A DNA stretch of 64,000 bases, from positions 3,244,676 to 3,308,675 of the forward strand of contig NZ_CP147012.1 of assembly GCF_037126285.1 (NCBI RefSeq), read 5' to 3'. Made by a program: the position numbers and the translations under genes. Source of the stretch: Bernardetia sp. MNP-M8 (lineage in GTDB: Bacteria; Bacteroidota; Bacteroidia; Cytophagales; Bernardetiaceae). Shown one piece after another: positions 9,609-19,116 of this stretch. Below the pieces are notes generated by a model. It made no database searches and was not told where the DNA came from. It was given only the letters and a program-made list of their open reading frames with translations. The stretch's first letter is position 1. Each line of letters starts with the position of its first letter.

Positions 9609-10559
9609 ATGAAATATCTACAAAACCCTTATTTGCCTACGGCTATTCTGTTGTTTCTACTCGCTTTTTTGGGGTACAAGACTTTTTTTGATGAACGTTA
9701 TACTCAAACTGAAAAAGAAATTTTTGGTTATAATTATCATCAAAATATAGGCTTGAAGGAAGAATATACTGAATTAGCAACAAGAGCGTGGCATAGTGTG
9801 GGAAGGCATTTTGAAGAACATGGAGTTGAAGAAAACGATTACATAAAAAAGATAGATGCTCGTTTCAAAAAACAAAGAGATGAACTTCAAAAAATTTATC
9901 AAGAAACTCATAATACCTATTTTGAAGAGCCAAGATTTGAGTTAGTCAAAGAAAAAGTAAAATCAAATCCCAAATATACAGAAGAGCGTACCGTCGTCGA
10001 ATTTCCTAATCTGAAAGTCGTTACAGCTTTCAATGAATATGTCCAAAAAGTATCAGCTTTAGATTCCTCGCTTTCGAAGCGTTATCAAGATTTTGTGTTT
10101 GAAGAGGGAATGAACAACAAAGAATTAGACGATTTTTATTTTGATACAGACGATTATTTGAGAGCCTTTCATTATTCTCGTTTTGAGGCACAACTTGCCA
10201 CTATGTATTACGAAGATGCAAAACTACTTTCAAGAAAATATTTTCTCTTTCCTCTTGATTTGAAAGCAGAAGATATAAAAGTTGTGCCTTATGTGCATTA
10301 CAAAAAAGAAAAAGACAAACCATATTATATTATTACAATGAGTGTTGTTCCTTTCGATAAAGAGAATACTCGTCTCGTTTACCCAGAAAATGTAGAAACC
10401 AAATTTGATGAAAATGGATTTATCATTGTCCCAAAAGAATTTAGAAAAGGAATACAGAAATTTCAAGTACAAATTCCAACGCTTCTTCAAAGTGATACTT
10501 CTTTTGTTATCGTACAAGATTTTGACTACCTAAATAAATATTATAAAGATGAAGAGTAA
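9609..10559 (+). CDS. Hypothetical N-terminally membrane-anchored protein (paralog group member 1)
   Basis: N-terminal TM. Followed by two paralogs with overlapping start/stop codons. Confidence 0.5.
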   Translation: MKYLQNPYLPTAILLFLLAFLGYKTFFDERYTQTEKEIFGYNYHQNIGLKEEYTELATRAWHSVGRHFEEHGVEENDYIKKIDARFKKQRDELQKIYQETHNTYFEEPRFELVKEKVKSNPKYTEERTVVEFPNLKVVTAFNEYVQKVSALDSSLSKRYQDFVFEEGMNNKELDDFYFDTDDYLRAFHYSRFEAQLATMYYEDAKLLSRKYFLFPLDLKAEDIKVVPYVHYKKEKDKPYYIITMSVVPFDKENTRLVYPENVETKFDENGFIIVPKEFRKGIQKFQVQIPTLLQSDTSFVIVQDFDYLNKYYKDEE

Positions 10560-11133
10560 AACTGTATTTTCTGTTTCGCTTTGGTTCTTGATTGCTTTCT
10601 TAGGGGGGTATTATTTCGTTTCTCAAAAGAGTAATAAAGAAAACGAAGTTTTTGCAGTAGAAAAAAGTAGTCAAGTCTTGAAAAAGTCGATAAAACAGGC
10701 TCATAAAGACAGATATTTGACACTTTTGTATCACGTAGGAGCTACTATTGCTTATAGTAAAAGAGAACAATACACATTTCGCAACATAGAAAATGCTCAT
10801 AAACTGGCAGAAATCAGATACGAAAAAGGTACTATTTCTCTAGATGATATGGAAAAATATCCTCTAACCAAAAATGAGTTTTCTAATAAAATTATTTCTC
10901 AAAATGATTTTAATTATTGCTCATCTAAGGAAAATAAATTTGTACAAAAATTACACAAACTTTATTTGTACAAAGACTTGATGAATTTTGTAGATGATGA
11001 AACCTACCCAAACATATCTTATTGGGGAACAGGATATAGAAGGTTTGATATTAAAATTATAGAAAACGATAAAATAGCTATTAGATTGACAGATATTTTT
11101 CATCCAGAACCTATTGAATACTATTTAAAATGA
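10549..11133 (+). CDS. Hypothetical N-terminally membrane-anchored protein (paralog 2, MKSKTVFSVSLWFLIAFL...)
   Basis: The start overlaps the upstream stop by 11 nt. Its N-terminus is paralogous to the 11130 ORF. Confidence 0.5.
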   Translation: MKSKTVFSVSLWFLIAFLGGYYFVSQKSNKENEVFAVEKSSQVLKKSIKQAHKDRYLTLLYHVGATIAYSKREQYTFRNIENAHKLAEIRYEKGTISLDDMEKYPLTKNEFSNKIISQNDFNYCSSKENKFVQKLHKLYLYKDLMNFVDDETYPNISYWGTGYRRFDIKIIENDKIAIRLTDIFHPEPIEYYLK

Positions 11134-11876
11134 AAACTAAAACTATATTTTCTTTTTCTCTTTGGAGTTTGATAGGGATTTTTTGTTGTTCATACTTTTT
11201 TTTGGAAGAAAGGCAAGAAGAGAGAAATATCAAATCACTTGAAATCAGTAGTAGATTTTTGATAGAGAAAAGCAAGACAATTTTTTTAGAAGAATTACAA
11301 GAAGGAGAAACTCAAATGGCAGAAAGTGGCTATCACCCAAAAGATGTCAGTTTATATAGTTCATTGAGGAAGAATTATGAACTTTCGGATTCTTTGTACA
11401 AAACCGACAATTATAAATGGACTGTATTGAAAGAATATTTGAGAGATAGCTCTTATCAGAATATTATTTCTACCAAAAGTACAGAGTTATTAAATTATGG
11501 AAATCCTAACTCTTCATTACTTCAAAAATTTCATACAATGACTTTGTACAGGATACACAATCAAGCTGAAATAAGAGAATTTAGCCGAGTGAGTGGTAAC
11601 TGGGTTTCTTTTGATAAATTTTCGCTCAACCTTATTGCTTTAAATCCAAAGATATTTTTGTATTACTCTGATAATCCTAAGTTGTTTTCTTACCAACTCT
11701 ACCAAAACAATCAACCCATAGAAAATCTATATTTTGATATAGAAAAAGACACGACATTTCATTTTCAAATCCGAACAGATTATTACACAAATGATATATT
11801 CAAAAACACTAAAAACTACAAACTCAATATAAAAGCTGGGCAACGAAATGATTTTGAAATTGAGGAAGTATTTTGA
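11130..11876 (+). CDS. Hypothetical N-terminally membrane-anchored protein (paralog 3, MKTKTIFSFSLWSLIGIF...)
   Basis: ATGA start/stop overlap with the upstream gene. Shared N-terminal motif MK(S/T)KT(V/I)FS(V/F)SLW. Confidence 0.5.
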   Translation: MKTKTIFSFSLWSLIGIFCCSYFFLEERQEERNIKSLEISSRFLIEKSKTIFLEELQEGETQMAESGYHPKDVSLYSSLRKNYELSDSLYKTDNYKWTVLKEYLRDSSYQNIISTKSTELLNYGNPNSSLLQKFHTMTLYRIHNQAEIREFSRVSGNWVSFDKFSLNLIALNPKIFLYYSDNPKLFSYQLYQNNQPIENLYFDIEKDTTFHFQIRTDYYTNDIFKNTKNYKLNIKAGQRNDFEIEEVF

Positions 11877-11926
11877 TTTATACAAGGCAGGTATTTAAAC
11901 TATTTCCAAAATTACTTTGGGTTACC

Positions 11927-11978
11927 AAAAATTATTTTTATGGATTTATCGGCACAGATTGCTAGGCTTTTGAGGTAA
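11927..11978 (+). repeat. Copy C of the holB 3'-end repeat. It would encode KIIFMDLSAQIARLLR* and is probably the displaced ancestral holB end.
   Basis: aaaattatttttatggatttatcggcacagattgctaggcttttgaggtaa. About 43 of 51 nt identical to copy A. Confidence 0.8.
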
Positions 11979-12198
11979 GGACAAAATAAATATAAAGTAA
12001 CATAGACTTCAAATGTAAAAAATCTTGTCAATCGATACAAAGTTAGCTTTGGTCTAAAATAGAGTAGTATAATAACTATTTTTATCCTATTTTTGACTTT
12101 AAGGCAAAACTATTGCAGTTATTTAACTCTTATAGTTTTCAAAATTCTTAAAGATTTCAAGACAAATACACAAATTAAAAAACTCATCTTTCCTTTCT

Positions 12199-14202
12199 AT
12201 GTTCAAATTTCTCAATCATGTTTCTATAAAGACAAAAGTAGTCGGTTCGATTATGATAGCGACTATTATTGCTTTGATAATTGCCTTTTCGGCTTTTATT
12301 ATCTATGACTTGATTGATTACAGAACCGAATTAGAAACAGGTTTGCGTGATAGAGCGCAGATTATTTCTAGGGATGCTTATCTTCCAGTTAGTTTTGCAG
12401 ATCCTAAAAATACAGAAGACCAGTTAAAAGATTTATTTGCTTCTGATCCTAATATTTTGGCTGCACAAGTATATGATACACTTGGCAGACCCTTTGCAAA
12501 ATATGAGCGTTTGGGAATGAAAGTAAATCCTGCTTATAAAAAACCTCCTTATGAAAATTCTGACTTTGATTTACTAAATAATCAAATGTCAATTTATCAT
12601 CGTAGAGAAGTAGATTTAGCTAATTTTGATAAAGATAATACAACAGGACTTTCGATAGATAATCGTCCTCCAACTTATCCAACCGTTTATCTTTTATCTA
12701 ATCTTGACCGTTTTTATGATCGTATGCAACGTTATGCGCTCATTACGGGGCTTATTTTGCTTACCGTTTCTCTTCTTACTTATTTTATAGCTATTCGTTT
12801 ACAAAGATTAGTTTCGAAACCGATTTTGGAACTGACAGCACAAACAAAACAAATTGCTCAAGAAAAAGTCTATTCTACACGAATTAGTAGAGGAGAAAGA
12901 AGGGACGAAATCGGAACACTGACAGAAAGTTTTGATGATATGCTTGCACAAATTGAACAGCAAAACTTAGCTTTAGTTTTGGCAAAAGAACAAGCCGAAC
13001 AATCTGCAAAAGCAAAAGAACAGTTTTTGGCAAATATGAGTCATGAAATTAGAACACCTATGAATGGCGTTTACGGAATGTCAGAGCTTTTATTGGATAC
13101 TTCTCTAAATAATGTTCAGTTGAAGTATGTCAATGCCATTAAATCTTCTGCTGACCATCTTTTAGTTATTATCAATGATATTTTAGATTTATCAAAGATT
13201 GAATCTGGAAAAATATCTTTTGAAGAAAGTCCAATTGATTTTTATCCAATTGTAGAAAATATGATAAGTAGCATCAAAGTAAAAGCTGATACTAAAAAGG
13301 TTACTTTAAGAAGCAAAATAAGTCCAGATATTCCTGCTCGTTTTGTGGGCGATGAAGTGCGTTTAAGACAAGTTTTGCTTAACCTCCTAGGAAATGCTGT
13401 AAAATTCACACACAAAGGAGAAATAGTAATTGGTGCTAATTTGGTAGATGAAGATAAAAATTTTGTAACACTTCATTTTTATGTAAGTGATACAGGAATA
13501 GGGATTTCAGAAGAAAAGATAGATGATATTTTTACAATGTTTACGCAAGCAAGTAGCGATACCACACGAAAATATGGTGGAACAGGTCTAGGTCTTGCAA
13601 TATGTAAACAATTGGTAGAACTTCAAGGAGGAGAGATTTATGCAAAAAGTAAAGTAGGACAAGGTTCTACATTTGCTTTTCAACTTCGCTACAAAAAATA
13701 TACAGAAGTAAGTCAGCCTATGGTACAGCGAGATAGAACAAATCAAATTCCTGATTTTCTGCGTAATGCAATCAACTCTGAAAATCTTATCCAAAAAGAG
13801 AATATAGACAGTACAAGTATTGCAGCTCCCAAACCAATTACAAATAAGATTTTATTAGCAGAAGATAATGAAATCAATCAGCTTTTAGTAGTAACAATGC
13901 TTAAAAACTGGAACTATGAAATTGAAGTGGCTTTCAATGGAAAAGAAGCCGTCGAAAAGCTACAAAAAGAAGAGTTTAATTTGGTCTTAATGGATGTTCA
14001 TATGCCTGAAATGGATGGTTACCAAGCTACCAAAATAATCAGAGAAACTATTTCAAAAGATTTGACTATTATCGCCATGACTGCTTCTGCACTAAAAGGA
14101 GAAGCCGAAAAATGTATTGCAGCAGGAATGAATGATTATATTGCCAAACCATTTAATAAAGAAGCCTTCAAGCAAAAACTTGCTAGTTATTTGAGAAAGT
14201 AA
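12199..14202 (+). CDS. Hybrid sensor histidine kinase (TM sensor, HAMP, HisKA, HATPase, C-terminal receiver)
   Basis: H-box '[10 protein letters not shown]', 'GNAVKFT', 'DTGIGI', 'GGTGLGLAI', then receiver '[11 protein letters not shown]...[11 protein letters not shown]...KP'. Confidence 0.85.
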   Translation: MFKFLNHVSIKTKVVGSIMIATIIALIIAFSAFIIYDLIDYRTELETGLRDRAQIISRDAYLPVSFADPKNTEDQLKDLFASDPNILAAQVYDTLGRPFAKYERLGMKVNPAYKKPPYENSDFDLLNNQMSIYHRREVDLANFDKDNTTGLSIDNRPPTYPTVYLLSNLDRFYDRMQRYALITGLILLTVSLLTYFIAIRLQRLVSKPILELTAQTKQIAQEKVYSTRISRGERRDEIGTLTESFDDMLAQIEQQNLALVLAKEQAEQSAKAKEQFLANMSHEIRTPMNGVYGMSELLLDTSLNNVQLKYVNAIKSSADHLLVIINDILDLSKIESGKISFEESPIDFYPIVENMISSIKVKADTKKVTLRSKISPDIPARFVGDEVRLRQVLLNLLGNAVKFTHKGEIVIGANLVDEDKNFVTLHFYVSDTGIGISEEKIDDIFTMFTQASSDTTRKYGGTGLGLAICKQLVELQGGEIYAKSKVGQGSTFAFQLRYKKYTEVSQPMVQRDRTNQIPDFLRNAINSENLIQKENIDSTSIAAPKPITNKILLAEDNEINQLLVVTMLKNWNYEIEVAFNGKEAVEKLQKEEFNLVLMDVHMPEMDGYQATKIIRETISKDLTIIAMTASALKGEAEKCIAAGMNDYIAKPFNKEAFKQKLASYLRK

Positions 14203-14420
14203 AGTAAAAACCTAGAAATAACAATTATTTTTTGAGAATCGGCTAATTCTATACATATTTTACGTCTCATTTTTGATGTTTAACATAGTGAAAAAAAACT
14301 TAAATACCTTTATACTTCTCTCTTTGTTAGTACAAACAAGTATAATTTTTGCGATATTTAGAGTTAGATTCAATTTTATATATTTGAATTAGAATTAATA
14401 AAAAAGACAAAAATCCAATT

Positions 14421-15695
14421 ATGAAAAAAAAACTTATTCTATCTCTATTCTTTCTGTTTTTTATAAGTGTTTCAAATTTTGCTAAAGCTAATCAGATAAT
14501 GATTGCGATGGACGAAACACAGAAAAATCATTTAAAAGCCTACGGAATTGCATTTGCTGTTCTTAAACAAGATATGACTGTCGAATGGCTTCTAAACTAT
14601 CGTGGTGGTAGTTTTATGTTTGATTATTCTCGTCCTTTTGAAGAAGAAATGCGCCTTCGTGGAGTGAGTTTTGAAATTATCTCAGAAGCTCAAGCAACTC
14701 AAGTTCGCAGTCAGATTGCAAAGGCTGATGTTAATATGGACATTGTAAAACTGGAAGTTGCTCCAAAAATTGCTGTTTATTCTCCAAAATCCAAACAGCC
14801 TTGGGATGATGCTGTAACGCTTGTTCTGACTTATGCAGAAATTCCTTATGATGTCGTTTTTGATGATGAAATTATGCAAGACAAACTCCCTGAATATGAT
14901 TGGTTACATTTGCATCACGAAGATTTTACAGGACAATATGGAAAATTTTATGCTAGTTATTCAGGTCAAAAATGGTATCAAGACCAACAAAGAGAATATG
15001 AAGAAGTAGCCAAAAAATATGGTTTTGCTAAAGTTTCAGAGCTTAAATTAGCTGTTGTAAAGAAGATTCAAGGATATTGCTTAGGTGGTGGATTTATGTT
15101 TGCCATGTGTTCGGCAACAGATACATACGATATTGCGCTTGCAGCTGAAGGAATTGATATTTGTGATAGAGTTTATGACGGTGACCCTGCCGATCCAGCA
15201 GCCAATAAAAAATTGAAGTTTGAGAATACATTTGCTTTCAAAGATTTCAAATTAGTCTTGAATCCTTTTGAATATGAGTATTCTAGTATTGATAATAGTT
15301 ATCGTCAGCGCACAGGAATCACAGAAAAGAATGATTATTTTGAGCTTTTTCAGTTTTCTGCCAAATGGGATCCAATTCCGACTATGCTTACTCAAAACCA
15401 CGTTACGAAAGTAAAAGGTTTTATGGGACAAACGACAGCTTTTAGAAAAGAGTTAGTAAAATCTGATGTTGTGATTTTGGGAGAATTCAAGACAGTAAAT
15501 GAAGTTCGTTATATTCATGGAACAATGGGAAAAGGAACATGGACTTTTTATGGGGGACACGACCCAGAAGATTATCAACATTATGTAGGAGAAGCTCCAA
15601 CAGACTTAAACCTACACCCACAATCCCCTGGATATAGACTAATTTTGAATAATATTTTATTTCCTGCTGCAAAGAAAAAGAAGAGAAAAACGTAA
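14421..15695 (+). CDS. Conserved hypothetical secreted protein (signal peptide, Lys-rich C-terminal tail)
   Basis: 424-aa ORF with an N-terminal signal peptide. No motif I can assign with confidence. Confidence 0.5.
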   Translation: MKKKLILSLFFLFFISVSNFAKANQIMIAMDETQKNHLKAYGIAFAVLKQDMTVEWLLNYRGGSFMFDYSRPFEEEMRLRGVSFEIISEAQATQVRSQIAKADVNMDIVKLEVAPKIAVYSPKSKQPWDDAVTLVLTYAEIPYDVVFDDEIMQDKLPEYDWLHLHHEDFTGQYGKFYASYSGQKWYQDQQREYEEVAKKYGFAKVSELKLAVVKKIQGYCLGGGFMFAMCSATDTYDIALAAEGIDICDRVYDGDPADPAANKKLKFENTFAFKDFKLVLNPFEYEYSSIDNSYRQRTGITEKNDYFELFQFSAKWDPIPTMLTQNHVTKVKGFMGQTTAFRKELVKSDVVILGEFKTVNEVRYIHGTMGKGTWTFYGGHDPEDYQHYVGEAPTDLNLHPQSPGYRLILNNILFPAAKKKKRKT

Positions 15696-15817
15696 GCAAA
15701 TTTAGAAGGTAGATTTTAGAAGTTAGAATTAAATGAATTTTTACTTTTAGAGTTTACGTTTTGTATTTCTAATTTTACTTCTGAATTCTAATTTCTAAAA
15801 TCTAACTTTGTTCTCCT

Positions 15818-16270
15818 ATGTTATTCGAAAAACAGCTTGCTGAACTTGAGTCTTATATTCCACAACTAGAAAAAACAAACCCAAAAGTCACACATTCAAA
15901 TGTAGGTTGGCAGGTTGACCATGCACTGCGTGTTATTCGTGGAGTAGCTAAACAGCTAGAAGACTCTAACCCAAGTGAGTTTAAAAGTAAATTTAGTTTT
16001 CCTAAGTTTTTTGTAATGCTAACAAAGCATATTCCTAGAGGAAAGGCAAGAGTTCCCAAATCTGTCCGAAATGAAAATCCAATTACAGAAGAATCAATTA
16101 GAGAATTTTTAGAAAAAACGAAATTGCAGGTTGATAAGATAGAAGATTTGAATAAAAACACTTATTTTCCTCATCCTATTTTTGGACACATGAATAAAAA
16201 AGAAGCAATTCGTTTTATAGGAATTCATACTGAACATCATTTGAAAATTATTCGTGATATGCTTCAATAA
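15818..16270 (+). CDS. DinB/YfiT-like (DinB_2/DUF1569 four-helix-bundle) family protein
   Basis: 150 aa with C-terminal 'HTEHHLKII' His-cluster typical of the DinB_2 superfamily. Confidence 0.5.
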   Translation: MLFEKQLAELESYIPQLEKTNPKVTHSNVGWQVDHALRVIRGVAKQLEDSNPSEFKSKFSFPKFFVMLTKHIPRGKARVPKSVRNENPITEESIREFLEKTKLQVDKIEDLNKNTYFPHPIFGHMNKKEAIRFIGIHTEHHLKIIRDMLQ

Positions 16271-16527
16271 AAACCAAAAAAAATAGAATAAAATAGGTAA
16301 GAACAGGGCATAAGAATTTACTATTTGTGATTAATTGTCGACTAATCAGTAATTTAAATCCATAATTCGCAATTTTTAATTCGTAATTGTTATTTAGGGC
16401 TTTTCAGAATTGAAAAAGTCCTTATTTTTTTGCAATTTTGTTTGTTGATATTGCTAACACTTTAAAGTGTCCTAAAAAAGAATTTCATTATACATTTATC
16501 AAAAATGTATTTATATATATAAAAGTT

Positions 16528-18870
16528 ATGCTAAAAAAATCCTTATTCATAAAAGCCATAAAAATTACTTGGGCAGTCTTCGGAGTAGGACTATTTTTTA
16601 TTGCCATGTGGGTAATGGCAATTCAAGAAGATTTTGGAGGTTATTTTGGTGGTATGCCAGACCTAAAAGATCTTGAAAATCCAAATAGTAATGTTGCTTC
16701 TGAAATTTATTCAGCAGATGGAACATTGATGGGAAAATATTATAGAGAAAACAGAACTCCTGTACCACTCTCCGAAATTTCTCCTAATGTAATCAATGCT
16801 TTGGTTGCTACCGAAGATATTCGTTTTAGAGAACATTCTGGGATAGACTTTATTAGTTTATTACGTGTTTTTTATGGAGTTATTACTTTTGAGCTTGATG
16901 GAGGAGGAAGTACAATTTCTCAACAGCTTGCCAAAAACTTATTTAATACTCGTACCGAAAAATATGAAGGAGATTGGACAACACCAGACAATAGCAAAAT
17001 TCTACGTATGGGAATTATCAAATTTAAAGAATGGATGCTTTCTATAAAACTAGAACGTTCTTATACAAAAGATGAAATCCTTTATTGGTATCTCAATACT
17101 GTAGATTTTGGTAGAAATGCTTTTGGAATAAAAGTAGCTGCAAAAACGTATTTTGATAAAGAACCAATTGATTTGACATTGCCAGAAGCTGCTACACTTG
17201 TTGGAATGTTGAAAGCTCCTACTTCTTACAACGCTATCGGAAATCCTGAAAAATCTAAGTTTCGTAGAAATGTAGTTTTTAAGCAAATGGAAAAATATAA
17301 TTACATTACTGCTGAAGAACGTGCAATTTTGAAGGAAGAACCAATGGTAACAAATGAAAATTATAGTGAAGTTGATGCACACCACAACGGAGCAGCCCCT
17401 TATTTCAGAACTATTGTAAGAAATGAAGTGATGAGATGGTGTAAAGAAAATGGCTACGATTTGTTTGCTGACGGACTACGAATTTATACTACTATTGATT
17501 CAAGAATGCAACAGCATGCAGAAGGAGCAGTAAAAGAACACATGAAAGAATTACAAGGTAATTTTTTCAAACAATGGAAAGACAAAAATCCTTGGAGAGA
17601 TGAATATGGAAAAGAAATTGAAGGTTTTTTAGAAAAAGCAACAAGACAAACCGAACGTTACCGTCTTACAAAAATAAAACATGACGGAGATTCTACTCTC
17701 ATAGCACAAGATATGGCACAACAAATGAATGAGCCTATCAAAATGAAGATTTTTGACTGGAATAGCAAAGGATATGAAAAAGATTCTGTCATGACACCGT
17801 TAGATTCTATTAGATATTACAAGCACTTCATGCATGTTGGTATGATGGCAATGGATCCACACACAGGACAAATAAAGGCTTGGGTAGGTGGAATCAATCA
17901 CAAACACTTCCAATTTGACCACGTACAACAAGGAAGAAGACAACCAGGCTCTACTTTCAAACCTATCGTTTATGCAACGGCTATTTCTGAGAAAAAATTT
18001 CATCCTTGTTTTCAAGTTACAGATGTTCCAAAAACATTTAATTTAGAATCAGGTGGAACTTGGACAGCCAAAAATAGTGGTGGTTATACAGGACAAACCA
18101 TGACACTTCGTCAAGGACTTGCTCGTTCTGTAAATACAATTGCAGCTTATCTGATTGGAGAACTAGATTCTAAAAATGGAGCAAGTAAAGTAATTGAATA
18201 TGCTCGCAGAATGGGAATAGAAGCTCCTTTAGATGCCGTTCCTGCTTTAGCATTAGGCGTAAGTGATGTTTCTGTTTATGAAATGGTAGGAGCTTATGGA
18301 ACTTTTAATAATGATGGGAACTGGACAGAACCTATCTTTATTACTCGTATAGAAGATAAAAATGGACGTGTACTTCGTGATTTTTCTCCAAAAACTCGTC
18401 CTGCACTCTCCAAAGATGATGCAAACACAATGCTTTATATGCTTATGGGCGCAGGAGAAGAAAGAGGAGGAACAGCTTTAGGATTATGGAAATATAAATT
18501 TAGAAAAGCAGGTGTTCAGATAGCAGGAAAAACAGGAACTACACAAAATTATTCTGATGGTTGGTTTATGGGAATGACCAAAAATTTAGTTGTCGGAACA
18601 TGGGTAGGTGGAGATGATAGAAGTATTCACTTCAACAACTTTGCTTATGGACAAGGCTCAAGAATGGCAATGCCAGCCTATGGAATGTTTATGGATTCTT
18701 TGTATATGGATTCTACTATTACTGATTATGTACTACCAAGAGTAAATCTAGTAAATAGATCAGAGCTTTCCATTGAAACAGATTGTAGTAAATATAACCG
18801 TTCAGGAAGTGACTCTTCACTACGTGATCTTATGCCAGTTAGAGGCTCTTTGGAAGATGATATTATGTGA
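16528..18870 (+). CDS. mrcA: Class A penicillin-binding protein 1A (glycosyltransferase GT51 + transpeptidase)
   Basis: 'EDIRFREHSGID' and 'GGSTISQQLAKN' GT51 motifs, 'STFKP' SxxK, 'KTGT' transpeptidase motifs. The start was chosen at the internal ATG preceding the TM segment. The ORF-track start at 16438 is less likely. Confidence 0.9.
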   Translation: MLKKSLFIKAIKITWAVFGVGLFFIAMWVMAIQEDFGGYFGGMPDLKDLENPNSNVASEIYSADGTLMGKYYRENRTPVPLSEISPNVINALVATEDIRFREHSGIDFISLLRVFYGVITFELDGGGSTISQQLAKNLFNTRTEKYEGDWTTPDNSKILRMGIIKFKEWMLSIKLERSYTKDEILYWYLNTVDFGRNAFGIKVAAKTYFDKEPIDLTLPEAATLVGMLKAPTSYNAIGNPEKSKFRRNVVFKQMEKYNYITAEERAILKEEPMVTNENYSEVDAHHNGAAPYFRTIVRNEVMRWCKENGYDLFADGLRIYTTIDSRMQQHAEGAVKEHMKELQGNFFKQWKDKNPWRDEYGKEIEGFLEKATRQTERYRLTKIKHDGDSTLIAQDMAQQMNEPIKMKIFDWNSKGYEKDSVMTPLDSIRYYKHFMHVGMMAMDPHTGQIKAWVGGINHKHFQFDHVQQGRRQPGSTFKPIVYATAISEKKFHPCFQVTDVPKTFNLESGGTWTAKNSGGYTGQTMTLRQGLARSVNTIAAYLIGELDSKNGASKVIEYARRMGIEAPLDAVPALALGVSDVSVYEMVGAYGTFNNDGNWTEPIFITRIEDKNGRVLRDFSPKTRPALSKDDANTMLYMLMGAGEERGGTALGLWKYKFRKAGVQIAGKTGTTQNYSDGWFMGMTKNLVVGTWVGGDDRSIHFNNFAYGQGSRMAMPAYGMFMDSLYMDSTITDYVLPRVNLVNRSELSIETDCSKYNRSGSDSSLRDLMPVRGSLEDDIM

Positions 18871-19116
18871 TTTTGAGTAAGCATTTTTGATTAAATTATG
18901 AATTTTATGATTTAACCTAACAGAATCATATAAATTGTGTGTTTTTTAGTAAAAAAAATAAAGTGAAGCGTGGAAATGTATATCATTATACAATAAAAGT
19001 TAAAATACTATTATGTAATTTCATTAAATTATCCTAGATTTACATACTAGCTGCTTATTATAACTTTAGATTGATACAAATCTTACCCTTTTACTTTTAT
19101 TTATTTTATACTAATT

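Noticed and set aside
12093-12308. 71-aa ORF overlapping the start of the hybrid kinase
   Set aside because: Different frame from the kinase, whose N-terminal TM helix is clearly encoded. No features of a real protein.
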